DNA of 32,000 nt from Candidatus Atelocyanobacterium thalassa isolate ALOHA (GCF_000025125.1 NC_013771.1:600001-632000); one strand, 5' to 3'; counted from the stretch's first letter, positions 19,724-29,352 are shown. Notes: generated by a model not told the origin, from the letters alone. Numbers and translations: made by a program.

Positions 19724-20803
19724 CTATTTCCATCCTGCACGATTCATAACTTTAACAGCAGTAGATAAGTTTTCGCCGAAAGAAGCAATGTTAGTATCAT
19801 CAGCTTTAAAAGTCCCAAAACTTTTTAAGACTGGATCAAGAATTGCACCTTCTACAACGGGATATTCGTCATTTCCTCTTGCAAAAAATTCTTGAGCTTT
19901 ACTACTAGTTAAATATTCTAAAAATTTAATAGCATTAGCCTGATTGGGTGAATTTCTTACAACTCCAGCTCCGCTAATATTTATATGAGCTCCCCTACCT
20001 TCTTGATTAGGAAAAAATACTCCGATTTTTTTAATTACTTCTTTGTCTATTGGATCATCAGATTTAGCAAAACGCGCCATATAGTATGTATTTGCTAAAG
20101 TAATATCACCTACACCTGCAGCCACATCTCTAATTTGCCCAGTATCATTACTTTGGGGAGGACGAGCAAAGTTAGCAACAAAACCTCTTACCCATTTTTC
20201 TGTAGCCTCTTCTCCATTAGCTTCGATAAGAGAAGCAACTAGAGATTGGTTATAAATATTACTAGATGGTCGAATAATTATTCGATCTTTCCATTTAGTA
20301 TCAGCCAAAGACTCATATGTTGAAAGTTCTTCAGGTTTAACTTTACTTTTATTATAAACAATTACACGTGATCTTTTAGTAAACCCAAACCAATATCCAT
20401 TTTTTTCACGTAGAGGAGCTGGTATTCTTTCTTCTAATATAGGAGAGCTAATAGGCATGAAAATATTTGTTTTTTGAGCACGCCATAATCTTCCAACATC
20501 TACTGTCATGAAAACATCTGCTTTGGTGTTTTCTCCTTCACTTCTAATTCTCTCAATTAGTTCATCAGCACTTCCTTCAACTAAGTTAACCTGAATCCCT
20601 GTCTCTTTTGTAAAACCCTCATACAATTCTGTATCAGTATTGTAGTGACGAGAAGAATATAGATTAACTTCTCCTAAACTTTTATCACTCAGATTGTTAC
20701 TGATTTTACCTTTGTCTGAGCAACTAGTAGTTATTTGCATTGCACTAATAACTGCTAGTGTTGTTAATCCACTTAGGAATAATCGTCTTGAAAACTTGAT
20801 CAT
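19724..20803 (-). CDS. futA: Fe(3+) ABC-transporter periplasmic substrate-binding protein (FutA/IdiA-like)
   Basis: NLYSSRHYNTDTELYEGFTKETGIQVNLVEGSADELIERI is typical of the FutA/IdiA/AfuA family. The N-terminus MIKFSRRLFLSGL...ITTSC shows a twin-arginine-like motif followed by a Cys. Confidence 0.85.
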   Translation of the reverse strand: MIKFSRRLFLSGLTTLAVISAMQITTSCSDKGKISNNLSDKSLGEVNLYSSRHYNTDTELYEGFTKETGIQVNLVEGSADELIERIRSEGENTKADVFMTVDVGRLWRAQKTNIFMPISSPILEERIPAPLREKNGYWFGFTKRSRVIVYNKSKVKPEELSTYESLADTKWKDRIIIRPSSNIYNQSLVASLIEANGEEATEKWVRGFVANFARPPQSNDTGQIRDVAAGVGDITLANTYYMARFAKSDDPIDKEVIKKIGVFFPNQEGRGAHINISGAGVVRNSPNQANAIKFLEYLTSSKAQEFFARGNDEYPVVEGAILDPVLKSFGTFKADDTNIASFGENLSTAVKVMNRAGWK

Positions 20804-21252
20804 GGTAGATAAATTCTACATATATTTTTGATGTTCAATCCGGATATTGTAACACTTTTAATAAACAATAGTCCTTGTAAGAATCATATATTTTTTTTAC
20901 GAAATGATTTCAAAAACTTAACTAAGATATATATAAGATATATATTAGTTTTCCATCAAATAATAAATGTTAATTTTGTATTCTTTCTAATATCATTCTT
21001 TTGTTTTAATGAATTTTTATAAATAAAATTTAATTGAAAATATTTTAATATAGTAATTATATAATTCATAATTAATAATGTTATGGTCTCAAAAATTAAT
21101 CTTTATCAAGAGTAGTCTGAGACTTTTAATTCAAGCATTACGGTACTAAGAATTTAAATTTTTATATTCTAAAATTAAAAACTAAAAAATTGATTATTTA
21201 CTTTATTTAAATGTTCAATCGACTTATACGTATTTAGTCATAACTCATAATT

Positions 21253-22350
21253 ATGTCATCTATTATTTCAGCTAAATTATCTACCTCAAATTACAATATA
21301 GTAATTTCTCCTAATTCCTTAACTAGTATAGGAAAACATCTAAGATTATTAAATATTGACAATAAAGTTCTTATTATTTCTAATCCATTTATTTTTGCAA
21401 CCTATGGTCAAATTATTTTATCCTCACTAGCAAGAGAGAAGTTTAAAGTTTTTTTTTATTTAATTCCTTCAGGAGAATGCAGTAAAACACTAGACCATAT
21501 TAAAAAGATTTACGATAGCGTTCTTAAACATCGGATAGAGCGTTCATCAACTTTACTTGCATTGGGTGGTGGAGTAGTTGGAGATGTAGCAGGTTTTGTA
21601 GCGGCAACTTGGCTACGGGGAATTAATCTTATACAAGTTCCAACTTCACTTTTAGCCATGGTAGATGCATCTATTGGAGGGAAAACAGGAGTTAACTATT
21701 CTCAAGGAAAAAATTTAATTGGTTCTTTTTATTCACCTCGGCTAGTATTCATAGATCCTGTAGTATTAAAAACTTTACCAATAAGAGAATTAAAAGCAGG
21801 AATGGCAGAAATAGTCAAATATAGCTTGATTTGGGATAAGGAACTATTTATTTATCTAGAGTCCGAAGATACTTTAAATGACCTAAATACCATCAACTTA
21901 AAAATACTTCAAAAAATAATTATCAAATCTTGTCTAACTAAAATTAACATAGTTAATCAGGACGAAAGTGAAAAAGGTATAAGAGCAATCCTGAATTATG
22001 GTCACACAATAGGTCATTCTATAGAAAGTTTAAGTAAACATGACATAGTTCATGGAGAAGCTGTCTCTATAGGTATGGTAGCAGCAGGAAGAATTGCTTC
22101 ACTATTAGGGATATGGAGAGAAGATCTAAGAATACGTCAAGAACAATTACTTAAAAAAATATCATTACCAACAAAAATACCTAATTCATTAAGGGTAGAC
22201 AATATTTTAGAAAATTTAAAATTAGACAAAAAAATCAAGTCTGGAAAAATTAGATTTATTCTGCCCCAAAAGATAGGAAAAGTCAAAGTCTATAACGATA
22301 TTCCATCAAAAGTGATTGTTAATATTCTTAAATCTATGTATTCTTTCTAG
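21253..22350 (+). CDS. aroB: 3-dehydroquinate synthase
   Basis: LGGGVVGDVAGFVAATWLRGINLIQVPTSLLAMVDASIGGKTGVN and NYGHTIGH...HGEAV motifs. Confidence 0.9.
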   Translation: MSSIISAKLSTSNYNIVISPNSLTSIGKHLRLLNIDNKVLIISNPFIFATYGQIILSSLAREKFKVFFYLIPSGECSKTLDHIKKIYDSVLKHRIERSSTLLALGGGVVGDVAGFVAATWLRGINLIQVPTSLLAMVDASIGGKTGVNYSQGKNLIGSFYSPRLVFIDPVVLKTLPIRELKAGMAEIVKYSLIWDKELFIYLESEDTLNDLNTINLKILQKIIIKSCLTKINIVNQDESEKGIRAILNYGHTIGHSIESLSKHDIVHGEAVSIGMVAAGRIASLLGIWREDLRIRQEQLLKKISLPTKIPNSLRVDNILENLKLDKKIKSGKIRFILPQKIGKVKVYNDIPSKVIVNILKSMYSF

Positions 22351-22612
22351 AATTAAAATGTAGGAACATAACTGTAATTGCTATAGATCAAATTAATTCT
22401 GAGTTTTCAATACTACATGTAATTGTAATTAAATCGAAAGATACTTTGTTGCTTTTTATTTTTGTAAAATCTTAAGATAAGACATATAATAATATGAGGC
22501 CCAATTGATTATCTTCTTACTAGTTATTTGTAAAAACTAGACTAAGTTGAAAAACAACTTCATAGCACATTTTCTAAATACATATCTCTTGTTAAATATA
22601 ATATTAAAGACT

Positions 22613-23257
22613 ATGATTCAATCGCAAATATCAAGCCCTACTATTTTCAGTAAAGAATCTCATCAATATTACGCAAAGATGGAAAATATAGTCCCCATGG
22701 TAGTAGAGCAATCTGGTATGGGGGAAAGAGCCTTTGATATTTATTCAAGATTATTACGAGAGCGTATTATATTTCTAGGGACTCCTGTAGATGATCAAAT
22801 GGCCAACTCTATTGTTGCACAGCTTTTATACTTAGATTCAGAAGATCCTGAGAAAGACATTCAACTTTATATTAATTCTCCAGGTGGCTCGGTATATGCT
22901 GGATTAGCTATCTACGACACTATGAAACAAATTCGCCCTGATATTGTTACTATTTGTTTTGGTTTAGCTGCTAGCATGGGAGCTTTCTTATTATCGGGAG
23001 GAACTAAAGGTAAGCGTATGGCTTTACCTAGCTCTCGTATAATGATACATCAGCCTCTTGGTGGAGCACAGGGACAAGCTGTTGATATTGCTATTCAAGC
23101 TCAAGAGATATTGTATATAAAGAAAAGGCTTAATAATATGCTATCTGAACATACTGGCAAACCTTTTGACACTATAGCTGCGGATACTGAGAGAGACTTT
23201 TTTATGTCATCGAAAGAAGCAGTAGAATATGGTTTGATTGATAAAGTTATTTCTTAA
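22613..23257 (+). CDS. clpP: ATP-dependent Clp protease proteolytic subunit (ClpP2-type, in operon with clpX)
   Basis: [39 protein letters not shown] (catalytic Ser) and IMIHQPLGG (catalytic His). The ORF-track start 22547 is a TTG. The ATG at 22613 is preferred, and the ATG at 22679 is also possible. Confidence 0.88.
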   Translation: MIQSQISSPTIFSKESHQYYAKMENIVPMVVEQSGMGERAFDIYSRLLRERIIFLGTPVDDQMANSIVAQLLYLDSEDPEKDIQLYINSPGGSVYAGLAIYDTMKQIRPDIVTICFGLAASMGAFLLSGGTKGKRMALPSSRIMIHQPLGGAQGQAVDIAIQAQEILYIKKRLNNMLSEHTGKPFDTIAADTERDFFMSSKEAVEYGLIDKVIS

Positions 23258-23309
23258 ATTAGATGCTTGACCTGCTTTTTCATAGTATTACTTACTAATT
23301 CAACATCTT

Positions 23310-24614
23310 ATGTCTAAGTATGATTCCCACTTAAAATGTTCATTCTGTGGAAAATCTCAGGAAAATGTAAGGAAACTCATCGCAGGACCAGGAGTTTATA
23401 TTTGTAATGAATGTGTAGACCTTTGTAATGAAATTCTACTAGACGAAGACTCTACAGTCGAATCTACTGCAGAATCAACATCTTCGTCGCAATATAAAAG
23501 AATTTACAGTAAGCGGTATTCTGAAAAAAGTGGTTCATCATTTGAGAAAATTTCAAAACCTATAGAGGTTAAGAATTATCTTGATGAATACGTTGTTGGA
23601 CAGGATGAAGCAAAGAAAGTTCTTTCAGTCGCAGTATATAATCACTATAAACGTTTAAACTTTCTCCAGGAAAAAGATAAACAAGTTGAGGATAATATTG
23701 TTGACCTACAAAAATCTAACATATTATTGATAGGTCCAACAGGTTCAGGTAAAACACTACTTGCTCAAACATTAGCAAAGATTTTAGAAGTTCCTTTCGC
23801 GATTGCTGATGCAACTAGTTTAACAGAAGCAGGTTATGTCGGAGAGGATGTAGAAAATATTTTATTTAAGTTATTACAAGTTGCAGATCTTGATATACAT
23901 AAAGCCCAAAGAGGAATAATCTATATAGATGAAATTGATAAAATTGCATGTAAAAATGAAAATTTTTCTACTACACGTGATGTTTCTGGAGAAGGGGTTC
24001 AACAAGCTTTACTAAAAATTTTAGAAGGTACAATTGCTAATGTATCCCCCAATGGTGGTAGAAAACACCCTCACCAAAATTGTATTCAAATTAATACTAA
24101 AGACATTTTATTTATTTGTGGAGGTGCTTTTATTAGCTTAGATGGGATTATTGACAAAAGAATAAATAAAAAATCAGTTGGATTTGTTTACTCAAAAGAT
24201 TCATATTCAGATCAAGGAACAATAGATCTAAGACAAAAGGTTAATTCAGATGATTTGATAAAATTTGGCATGATACCAGAGCTTATAGGTAGGCTTCCCG
24301 TCATAGCGTCTCTTAATACTTTGACTGAAGAGACTCTTGCTACTATTTTAACTAAGCCAAGAAATGCTCTAGTTAAGCAATATCAGAAATTATTAAGTAT
24401 GGATGATATTGAATTAGAATTTACGAAAGAAGCAATTAAAGAAATTGCAGAAGAAGCTTATCGAAGAAAAGTAGGAGCAAGGGCATTACGCGGCATTATT
24501 GAAGAGCTAATGCTAGATATAATGTATGAGCTACCATCACATAGAAACATACAAAAATTCATAATCACAAAAAAAATGGTACAAAAAAGATCGACTGCAG
24601 AATTATTGATATAA
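23310..24614 (+). CDS. clpX: ATP-dependent Clp protease ATP-binding subunit ClpX
   Basis: N-terminal zinc-binding CSFCGK...[10 protein letters not shown], Walker A GPTGSGKT and Walker [11 protein letters not shown] Ser-rich linker ([12 protein letters not shown]...) follows the zinc-binding domain. Confidence 0.93.
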   Translation: MSKYDSHLKCSFCGKSQENVRKLIAGPGVYICNECVDLCNEILLDEDSTVESTAESTSSSQYKRIYSKRYSEKSGSSFEKISKPIEVKNYLDEYVVGQDEAKKVLSVAVYNHYKRLNFLQEKDKQVEDNIVDLQKSNILLIGPTGSGKTLLAQTLAKILEVPFAIADATSLTEAGYVGEDVENILFKLLQVADLDIHKAQRGIIYIDEIDKIACKNENFSTTRDVSGEGVQQALLKILEGTIANVSPNGGRKHPHQNCIQINTKDILFICGGAFISLDGIIDKRINKKSVGFVYSKDSYSDQGTIDLRQKVNSDDLIKFGMIPELIGRLPVIASLNTLTEETLATILTKPRNALVKQYQKLLSMDDIELEFTKEAIKEIAEEAYRRKVGARALRGIIEELMLDIMYELPSHRNIQKFIITKKMVQKRSTAELLI

Positions 24615-24692
24615 CCTTCTTAGTTTATGAATTTTTCAATATTAATTTTATAAAAATCTTTGTTAGCAATTAAAGCTACTCAATATGTTCAT

Positions 24693-24741
24693 ATTGAATT
24701 ACCTTTCTAGATAATTAAGTTATCTAGAAAGGTAATTCAAT
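24693..24741. terminator. Long perfect inverted repeat, probable bidirectional terminator between convergent clpX and lexA
   Basis: attgaattacctttctagataa (24693-24714) and ttatctagaaaggtaattcaat (24720-24741) are exact reverse complements (22 bp), separated by the 5-nt loop ttaag. The repeat lies between the clpX stop (24614) and the lexA stop (24755). Confidence 0.6.
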
Positions 24742-24754
24742 TATCTAATTCCTA

Positions 24755-25357
24755 TTAAAGTTTTTTCCAAATACCTATCAGTACTCCCTCGATTTGTAAC
24801 TGATTTGGTTCTATCTTTAAAAGCTGATAATCTGAGTCTATAGATTTTAGCATAGCCATATCTCCCCATTTACTGTATCGTTTCAAAATTATTTTGTGTT
24901 TTTCTATTCTAGCCACTATGATTTGCTCTTTCTTTAAAATTTCGTTTTCTTTAAAAGGACGCATGACAGCTATATCATTAGCTTTTATTGAATCATTGCT
25001 TGTTATTTTGTCTGATACAACTAAACCCCAAGCATTTTCAACATATGATAAGTAGCAAAAATCTACTCGGTATTTTACACTATCAAAAAATTTTATAACT
25101 CCACCTATTTCAATTGTACCTATAATAGGAATACCTTTTGGTTCAGAATTTAATATTCTAATAGTACGAGCTTTCCCTTCTGTCCAAGCGATGTAACCTT
25201 TATTTCTTAGATGTTCCAGCCGGCTTTGAACTGGGGCTGGTGATCGAAGATTCATAGCTATCATCATTTGACGGATAGAGGGAGCATGCTGATTTTCGTT
25301 AATATACTGGACTAACCAGTCATATAATTCTTGCTGGGCAGAAGTTAAAAGTTCCAT
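24755..25357 (-). CDS. lexA: LexA-family transcriptional repressor, with non-canonical cleavage-site and nucleophile motifs
   Basis: 200-aa ORF with an N-terminal winged-HTH pattern (LTSAQQELYDWL...APSIRQM...RSPAPVQSRLEHLRNKGYI) and a C-terminal S24-like domain (IPIIG..., IIVARI...ILKRY, IEGVLIGIW). Confidence 0.85.
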   Translation of the reverse strand: MELLTSAQQELYDWLVQYINENQHAPSIRQMMIAMNLRSPAPVQSRLEHLRNKGYIAWTEGKARTIRILNSEPKGIPIIGTIEIGGVIKFFDSVKYRVDFCYLSYVENAWGLVVSDKITSNDSIKANDIAVMRPFKENEILKKEQIIVARIEKHKIILKRYSKWGDMAMLKSIDSDYQLLKIEPNQLQIEGVLIGIWKKL

Positions 25358-25374
25358 GGGCTCTAACTAATCTT

Positions 25375-25388
25375 AGAACATTTATACT
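25375..25388 (-). promoter_or_regulatory. Candidate LexA box in the lexA 5' region (autoregulation)
   Basis: The minus strand reads AGTATAAATGTTCT, 18-31 nt upstream of the lexA ATG. It matches the cyanobacterial LexA-box consensus RGTACNNNDGTWCB at 10 of 11 specified positions (C5 is T). Confidence 0.45.
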
Positions 25389-25542
25389 ATTATGGATCAT
25401 TAGATATCTATAATACAATAACTTTTTAGATATTTTGAAGATAATATTCAGAGAAAAGTACTAGAAATACTATTTCGCTTTATGCGTTAAATACTTCACT
25501 TTACCTTACTATCTTATAGCAATAGATTCAGTAATAGAACTA

Positions 25543-27141
25543 TTATAGTTCTAAAATACTTTGAAGATTTTCACGATCTTCAGCTTTAGCAGAACAACGT
25601 CCTTTTTCTAAGTCTCTAATCCAACTCTGGCTTTTCCCTACTTGTTTTGCTAATGCTCTTTGACTTAGCCCTTTCTTTTTTCTTGCATATTGGATTTTTT
25701 CTGCGGATAATTGAGAAGATTTTTTTACACGATTTTTTTGACTGTTTTTTTGTTGCTTTTTTCGTTCAAATTTTATTAATTCTTCTTCCCACTCCTGTGG
25801 AAGTTCAAAATTTAAAATTCTTGCTTTCATAAGCCAGTTCCATTTCCCCCTTGGCCCAGAGTCTGTTAAACGATGTTCTTGAGAACCATCATTAATCCAA
25901 AAGTTTAATGCTTCTTCAGCGTCATCTGGTAATTTTGATACCTTAACCCACAAAGGTTGTATGTTTTCTGGATAAGAGATAGGGTCAAAGACTGCCTTAA
26001 CTCCATAATGATTAAGTACTTCTAAATCACCTTCAAAAGTTTTCAATATTTTTTTTCTTTGATTCCTTTTAATATCTGCTTGAAGTACTCTATCTTGGCC
26101 ATAAGCAACCTTCATTAGAGTAGGAACAGTTACACATTGTTTCCTACCCATTTTACTTTTAAAAAGTAACCAAAGTAGTATTCGTATTGCCCCAGGGTGT
26201 TGCTGCCAAATACTCATTACAGTACTTAATATAAATTGAGGTAAAGAACCATACTGATAAAATGCAATCCTGTTGTTGTAACCTTGTTTATTTAAAAAAT
26301 ATTTTGACCATATTCCAGCTCTTAAAGTAAATGTTAAGCCGATTAAATGCTGACAGCCAAAATCATCTTCCTGAAAATAGTGTTGAATATCTAGCAAATG
26401 CCATAAAGGTCCTTCTGGTATTGTGAACCTTTTAACTTTTCCTTGTTGTGGCCAGTTTATAATTGCTAATAATTGGCAAGTTTGTTGTAATAATAATTTA
26501 ATTAGAGTTAACTTCGTTGTCTTGCTAATATCTTTGCGTTTATCTAATCCCAAATACTGTTCAATTTGTTGGTCATTAATTATAAATTTTTGTTCCCAGG
26601 GTCTCTCTAAAGTAGTTGCATAAGCGGAGAATAAAAGATGCAAGCAAGCAGACCTAATATCTATAAAATTAAGCTTAGACGGATCGGTTAAATATCTTAC
26701 TAGGCCAGAAGGCCGAGAATCTAAGACATCATTTAAACGAAATAATATTGTTCCTTCTCCTTGTTTAACAAAGCGTTTGTAATAAAGATTACCTTGTATA
26801 TCTTTTTCCCAATTTAAAACTGGAGCTTGAGTTAATACAGTGCAAGCTTCCCAAATAATCATAGAAGAAGCAAAAGGAGTATTTTTTCTGTTAATAAATA
26901 ATTCAGGAGATGTAATGTCTCTAGTAATATTTTTATATCTACCTTTTTTCGGATGAATAGGAATCGGGCTACTAATAGGGCATTGAACAATACATTGAGG
27001 TTCAGTATAGTAACCTTGGCAATTATTACATAGTTTTTGGTCAATCCAATATTTGCCATTGTTGAATTGAATAGCATTAGTAGGACAATCAACTCGACAA
27101 CTATTACAGCTAGAACAACTTTCAGAAATTGTGTAAGGCAT
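25543..27141 (-). CDS. cnfR: Ferredoxin-domain / XRE-HTH transcriptional regulator with the architecture of the cyanobacterial nif activator CnfR (PatB)
   Basis: 532-aa ORF. The N-terminus carries C9-x2-C-x2-C-x3-CP and C38-x2-C-x8-C-x3-CP (a 2x[4Fe-4S] ferredoxin pattern). The extreme C-terminus carries an XRE-type HTH (KKGLSQRALAKQVGKSQSWIRDLEKGR). Size and domain order match what is described for PatB/CnfR. Confidence 0.7.
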   Translation of the reverse strand: MPYTISESCSSCNSCRVDCPTNAIQFNNGKYWIDQKLCNNCQGYYTEPQCIVQCPISSPIPIHPKKGRYKNITRDITSPELFINRKNTPFASSMIIWEACTVLTQAPVLNWEKDIQGNLYYKRFVKQGEGTILFRLNDVLDSRPSGLVRYLTDPSKLNFIDIRSACLHLLFSAYATTLERPWEQKFIINDQQIEQYLGLDKRKDISKTTKLTLIKLLLQQTCQLLAIINWPQQGKVKRFTIPEGPLWHLLDIQHYFQEDDFGCQHLIGLTFTLRAGIWSKYFLNKQGYNNRIAFYQYGSLPQFILSTVMSIWQQHPGAIRILLWLLFKSKMGRKQCVTVPTLMKVAYGQDRVLQADIKRNQRKKILKTFEGDLEVLNHYGVKAVFDPISYPENIQPLWVKVSKLPDDAEEALNFWINDGSQEHRLTDSGPRGKWNWLMKARILNFELPQEWEEELIKFERKKQQKNSQKNRVKKSSQLSAEKIQYARKKKGLSQRALAKQVGKSQSWIRDLEKGRCSAKAEDRENLQSILEL

Positions 27142-27875
27142 AGTTTTGTGAAGAGTAATGAACTAGGTTAGGGTGGTTGTAGTAGCTACTAGATTTCATA
27201 TAAGATTTATTTTATAGAGTAGAGTTTTTATAAGCAATCTTATTTCTGATTTTTCATATCAAAGTTTTTGAGCTGAAGCAGTGTAAATTAGGGACAATAC
27301 TTGAAAAAGATTTTAAGCTACCTTAATCATATTTAATTTACTATTATTTAGTTAAAGATTATACGATATCGTTTTGCTACTAGAATTGTTCAGTATGAAT
27401 GTTTTGTTTAAACAGTATTTTTATCTTAATATATTTTCTTGCCTATTTTTTGAATTATTCAATCAAGTCTAATAATAAATCTAAAAACAAGTATTCATAA
27501 TCACAATGTATTTTAAAGACTAGAAAAGCAATTATACTGAAATTTAATATCCTATTGAATTTCAGCATAATTGAATAGTTTTCATTATTTTTATATACAT
27601 AACGAGATGTAGAATATTCTTATCTTATTTTATTAATTAAGTTGATGAGAGAAAAAATGCTAACAATCACTATCAATCTATAAAAAACTTCATATACATA
27701 AAAATTATAAATATTTATTTTCAGTGTTTGTATTATTAGCTGTTTAAAAAGTAATAAAACTAAATACTAAAATAGAAAGGTAGAATAAGAATAGTATAAA
27801 ATAAAAATTATCTATTTTTATTAAGGGCTTTGCCTAATTAATTATTAGTTTTTTAAAATGGAGAGTTGTTAATCT

Positions 27876-28628
27876 GTGCTGCAGCACTTTCAACAAGACT
27901 TGAAAAATGATTTTATTGCTGGTCTCTTAGTTGTTATTCCTTTAGCAACTACTATTTGGCTAACTATTAATATTGCTAGTTGGGTTATTAATTTTCTAAC
28001 TCAAATTCCCAAACAATTAAATCCTTTTGATGGACTGAATCCTATCTTAAGTTATTGTCTTAATTTGAGTGTTGGATTTGCTGTTCCAATTGTTTGTATA
28101 TTAATAATAGGTTTAATGGCTCGTAATATAGCTGGTAAATGGTTACTAGACTTTGGCGAGCGTATTTTGCAATCTATTCCTTTAGCTGGAGCAGTGTATA
28201 AAACATTAAAGCAGATCCTAGAAACTCTTTTTAAAGATTCCAAAAGTAAATTCAGACGTGTTGTTATGATAGAGTACCCTCGACGTGGAATTTGGAGTTT
28301 AGGTTTTGTAACTGGAACTTTAAGTCCTCCTTTACAAGCTTATTTAGAAAAACCCATGTTAAGTATATTTATTCCCACCACTCCTAATCCTACCTCTGGC
28401 TGGTATTCTATCATTGCTGAAGATGATGTTATAGACTTACCAGTTTCTATCGAAGATGCTTTCAAGGTTTTAATTTCTGGAGGTATTGTTAGTCCTGATA
28501 TTTCTAGTTATTCATTATCACAAGAAGATAATGAATTAGCTAATACTAATACTTCTACATCGATAATCAGAGAAGATTTCTTAATTACCGATGAAGATAT
28601 ACCCACTTTAAAAAATGTTGATAATTAA
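27876..28628 (+). CDS. DUF502-family membrane protein
   Basis: 250-aa ORF with a GTG start, preceded by GGAGAG. The N-terminal [17 protein letters not shown] helix, a second TM segment, then a soluble domain ([21 protein letters not shown]) are typical of DUF502. Its stop lies 2 nt before the nusB ATG. Confidence 0.75.
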   Translation: MLQHFQQDLKNDFIAGLLVVIPLATTIWLTINIASWVINFLTQIPKQLNPFDGLNPILSYCLNLSVGFAVPIVCILIIGLMARNIAGKWLLDFGERILQSIPLAGAVYKTLKQILETLFKDSKSKFRRVVMIEYPRRGIWSLGFVTGTLSPPLQAYLEKPMLSIFIPTTPNPTSGWYSIIAEDDVIDLPVSIEDAFKVLISGGIVSPDISSYSLSQEDNELANTNTSTSIIREDFLITDEDIPTLKNVDN

Positions 28629-28630
28629 TT

Positions 28631-29281
28631 ATGACTTCTCGTCAACAACCTCGTAGAATTGCTCGTGAATTAGCCTTACTAAGCATGAGTCAAGTTAAAG
28701 GGACTCCAGAAAAAATTGAGCAGCTTCAAATTGAAAATCTTGTTTTAGCGGCTATTCGTGTTCTTACTAACGAAGTAAAAGATACGTTAGAAACTGCTTC
28801 GGGAGAAATAATAAGAGGTCACAACCAATTATTTAAATATGAGACACGTTCTAGTAATCTTGAAAGTGCTAAAACAATGCTCGCAGAAGCTTTAGAATTA
28901 ACTCAGGGAGCAATTAACTGCTTAGCAGGGGCAATAGAATTTCCTGAAATAATTCAATTAGCTGGTCAAGATGATGTACAAAAATATGCTATTGAAATTA
29001 TTCATTCTATATGTAGAAAGAAAAAAGAACTTGATAATCAATTAGAAACAGTTTTAAAAGATTGGCAGTTAAGAAGATTAGCAAAAATAGATCAAGATAT
29101 TCTACGTATTGCAGTTGCAGAAATTTTACTTCTTAATATTCCCGAAAAAGTCGCTATTAATGAAGCCGTTGAACTTGCAAAACGTTACTCTGATGATGAT
29201 GGCTATCGTTTTATTAATGGAGTTCTTCGACGATTTGTAGACCACATAAAAGAAGAAAAAAAAGATGAATGTCTTCTTTAA
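28631..29281 (+). CDS. nusB: Transcription antitermination factor NusB (long cyanobacterial form)
   Basis: [14 protein letters not shown] at the N-terminus, and [15 protein letters not shown]...[26 protein letters not shown] at the C-terminus. Confidence 0.88.
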   Translation: MTSRQQPRRIARELALLSMSQVKGTPEKIEQLQIENLVLAAIRVLTNEVKDTLETASGEIIRGHNQLFKYETRSSNLESAKTMLAEALELTQGAINCLAGAIEFPEIIQLAGQDDVQKYAIEIIHSICRKKKELDNQLETVLKDWQLRRLAKIDQDILRIAVAEILLLNIPEKVAINEAVELAKRYSDDDGYRFINGVLRRFVDHIKEEKKDECLL

Positions 29282-29352
29282 AAAAATTTATCTTTTTTTA
29301 CCTAACTAGTTAATTTAAATATTGTTTTATATCCTAATAAATAATTTATCTT

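Noticed and set aside
20875-20893. Fur-box-like sequence ttgtaagaatcatatattt upstream of futA
   Set aside because: Only about 8 of 13 matches to the core of the 19-bp Fur consensus. This is indistinguishable from background at this base composition.
20828-21022. 64-aa intergenic ORF
   Set aside because: Phe/Ile/Asn-rich low-complexity translation in an extremely AT-rich spacer. It starts at a TTG with no RBS and shows no similarity I can recognise.
25647-27092. Three short ORFs (25647-25832 +, 26423-26623 +, 26859-27092 -) overlapping the cnfR-like gene
   Set aside because: All are contained in the 532-aa ferredoxin-HTH ORF, antisense or out of frame. They are Leu/Phe/Ile-rich translations typical of AT-rich non-coding frames.
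27142-27875. Search for an NtcA site (GTA-N8-TAC) upstream of the cnfR-like gene
   Set aside because: Only partial matches were found (for example GTA-N8-ACA near 27283 and GTA-N8-CAC near 27491), and none has the full palindromic half-sites.
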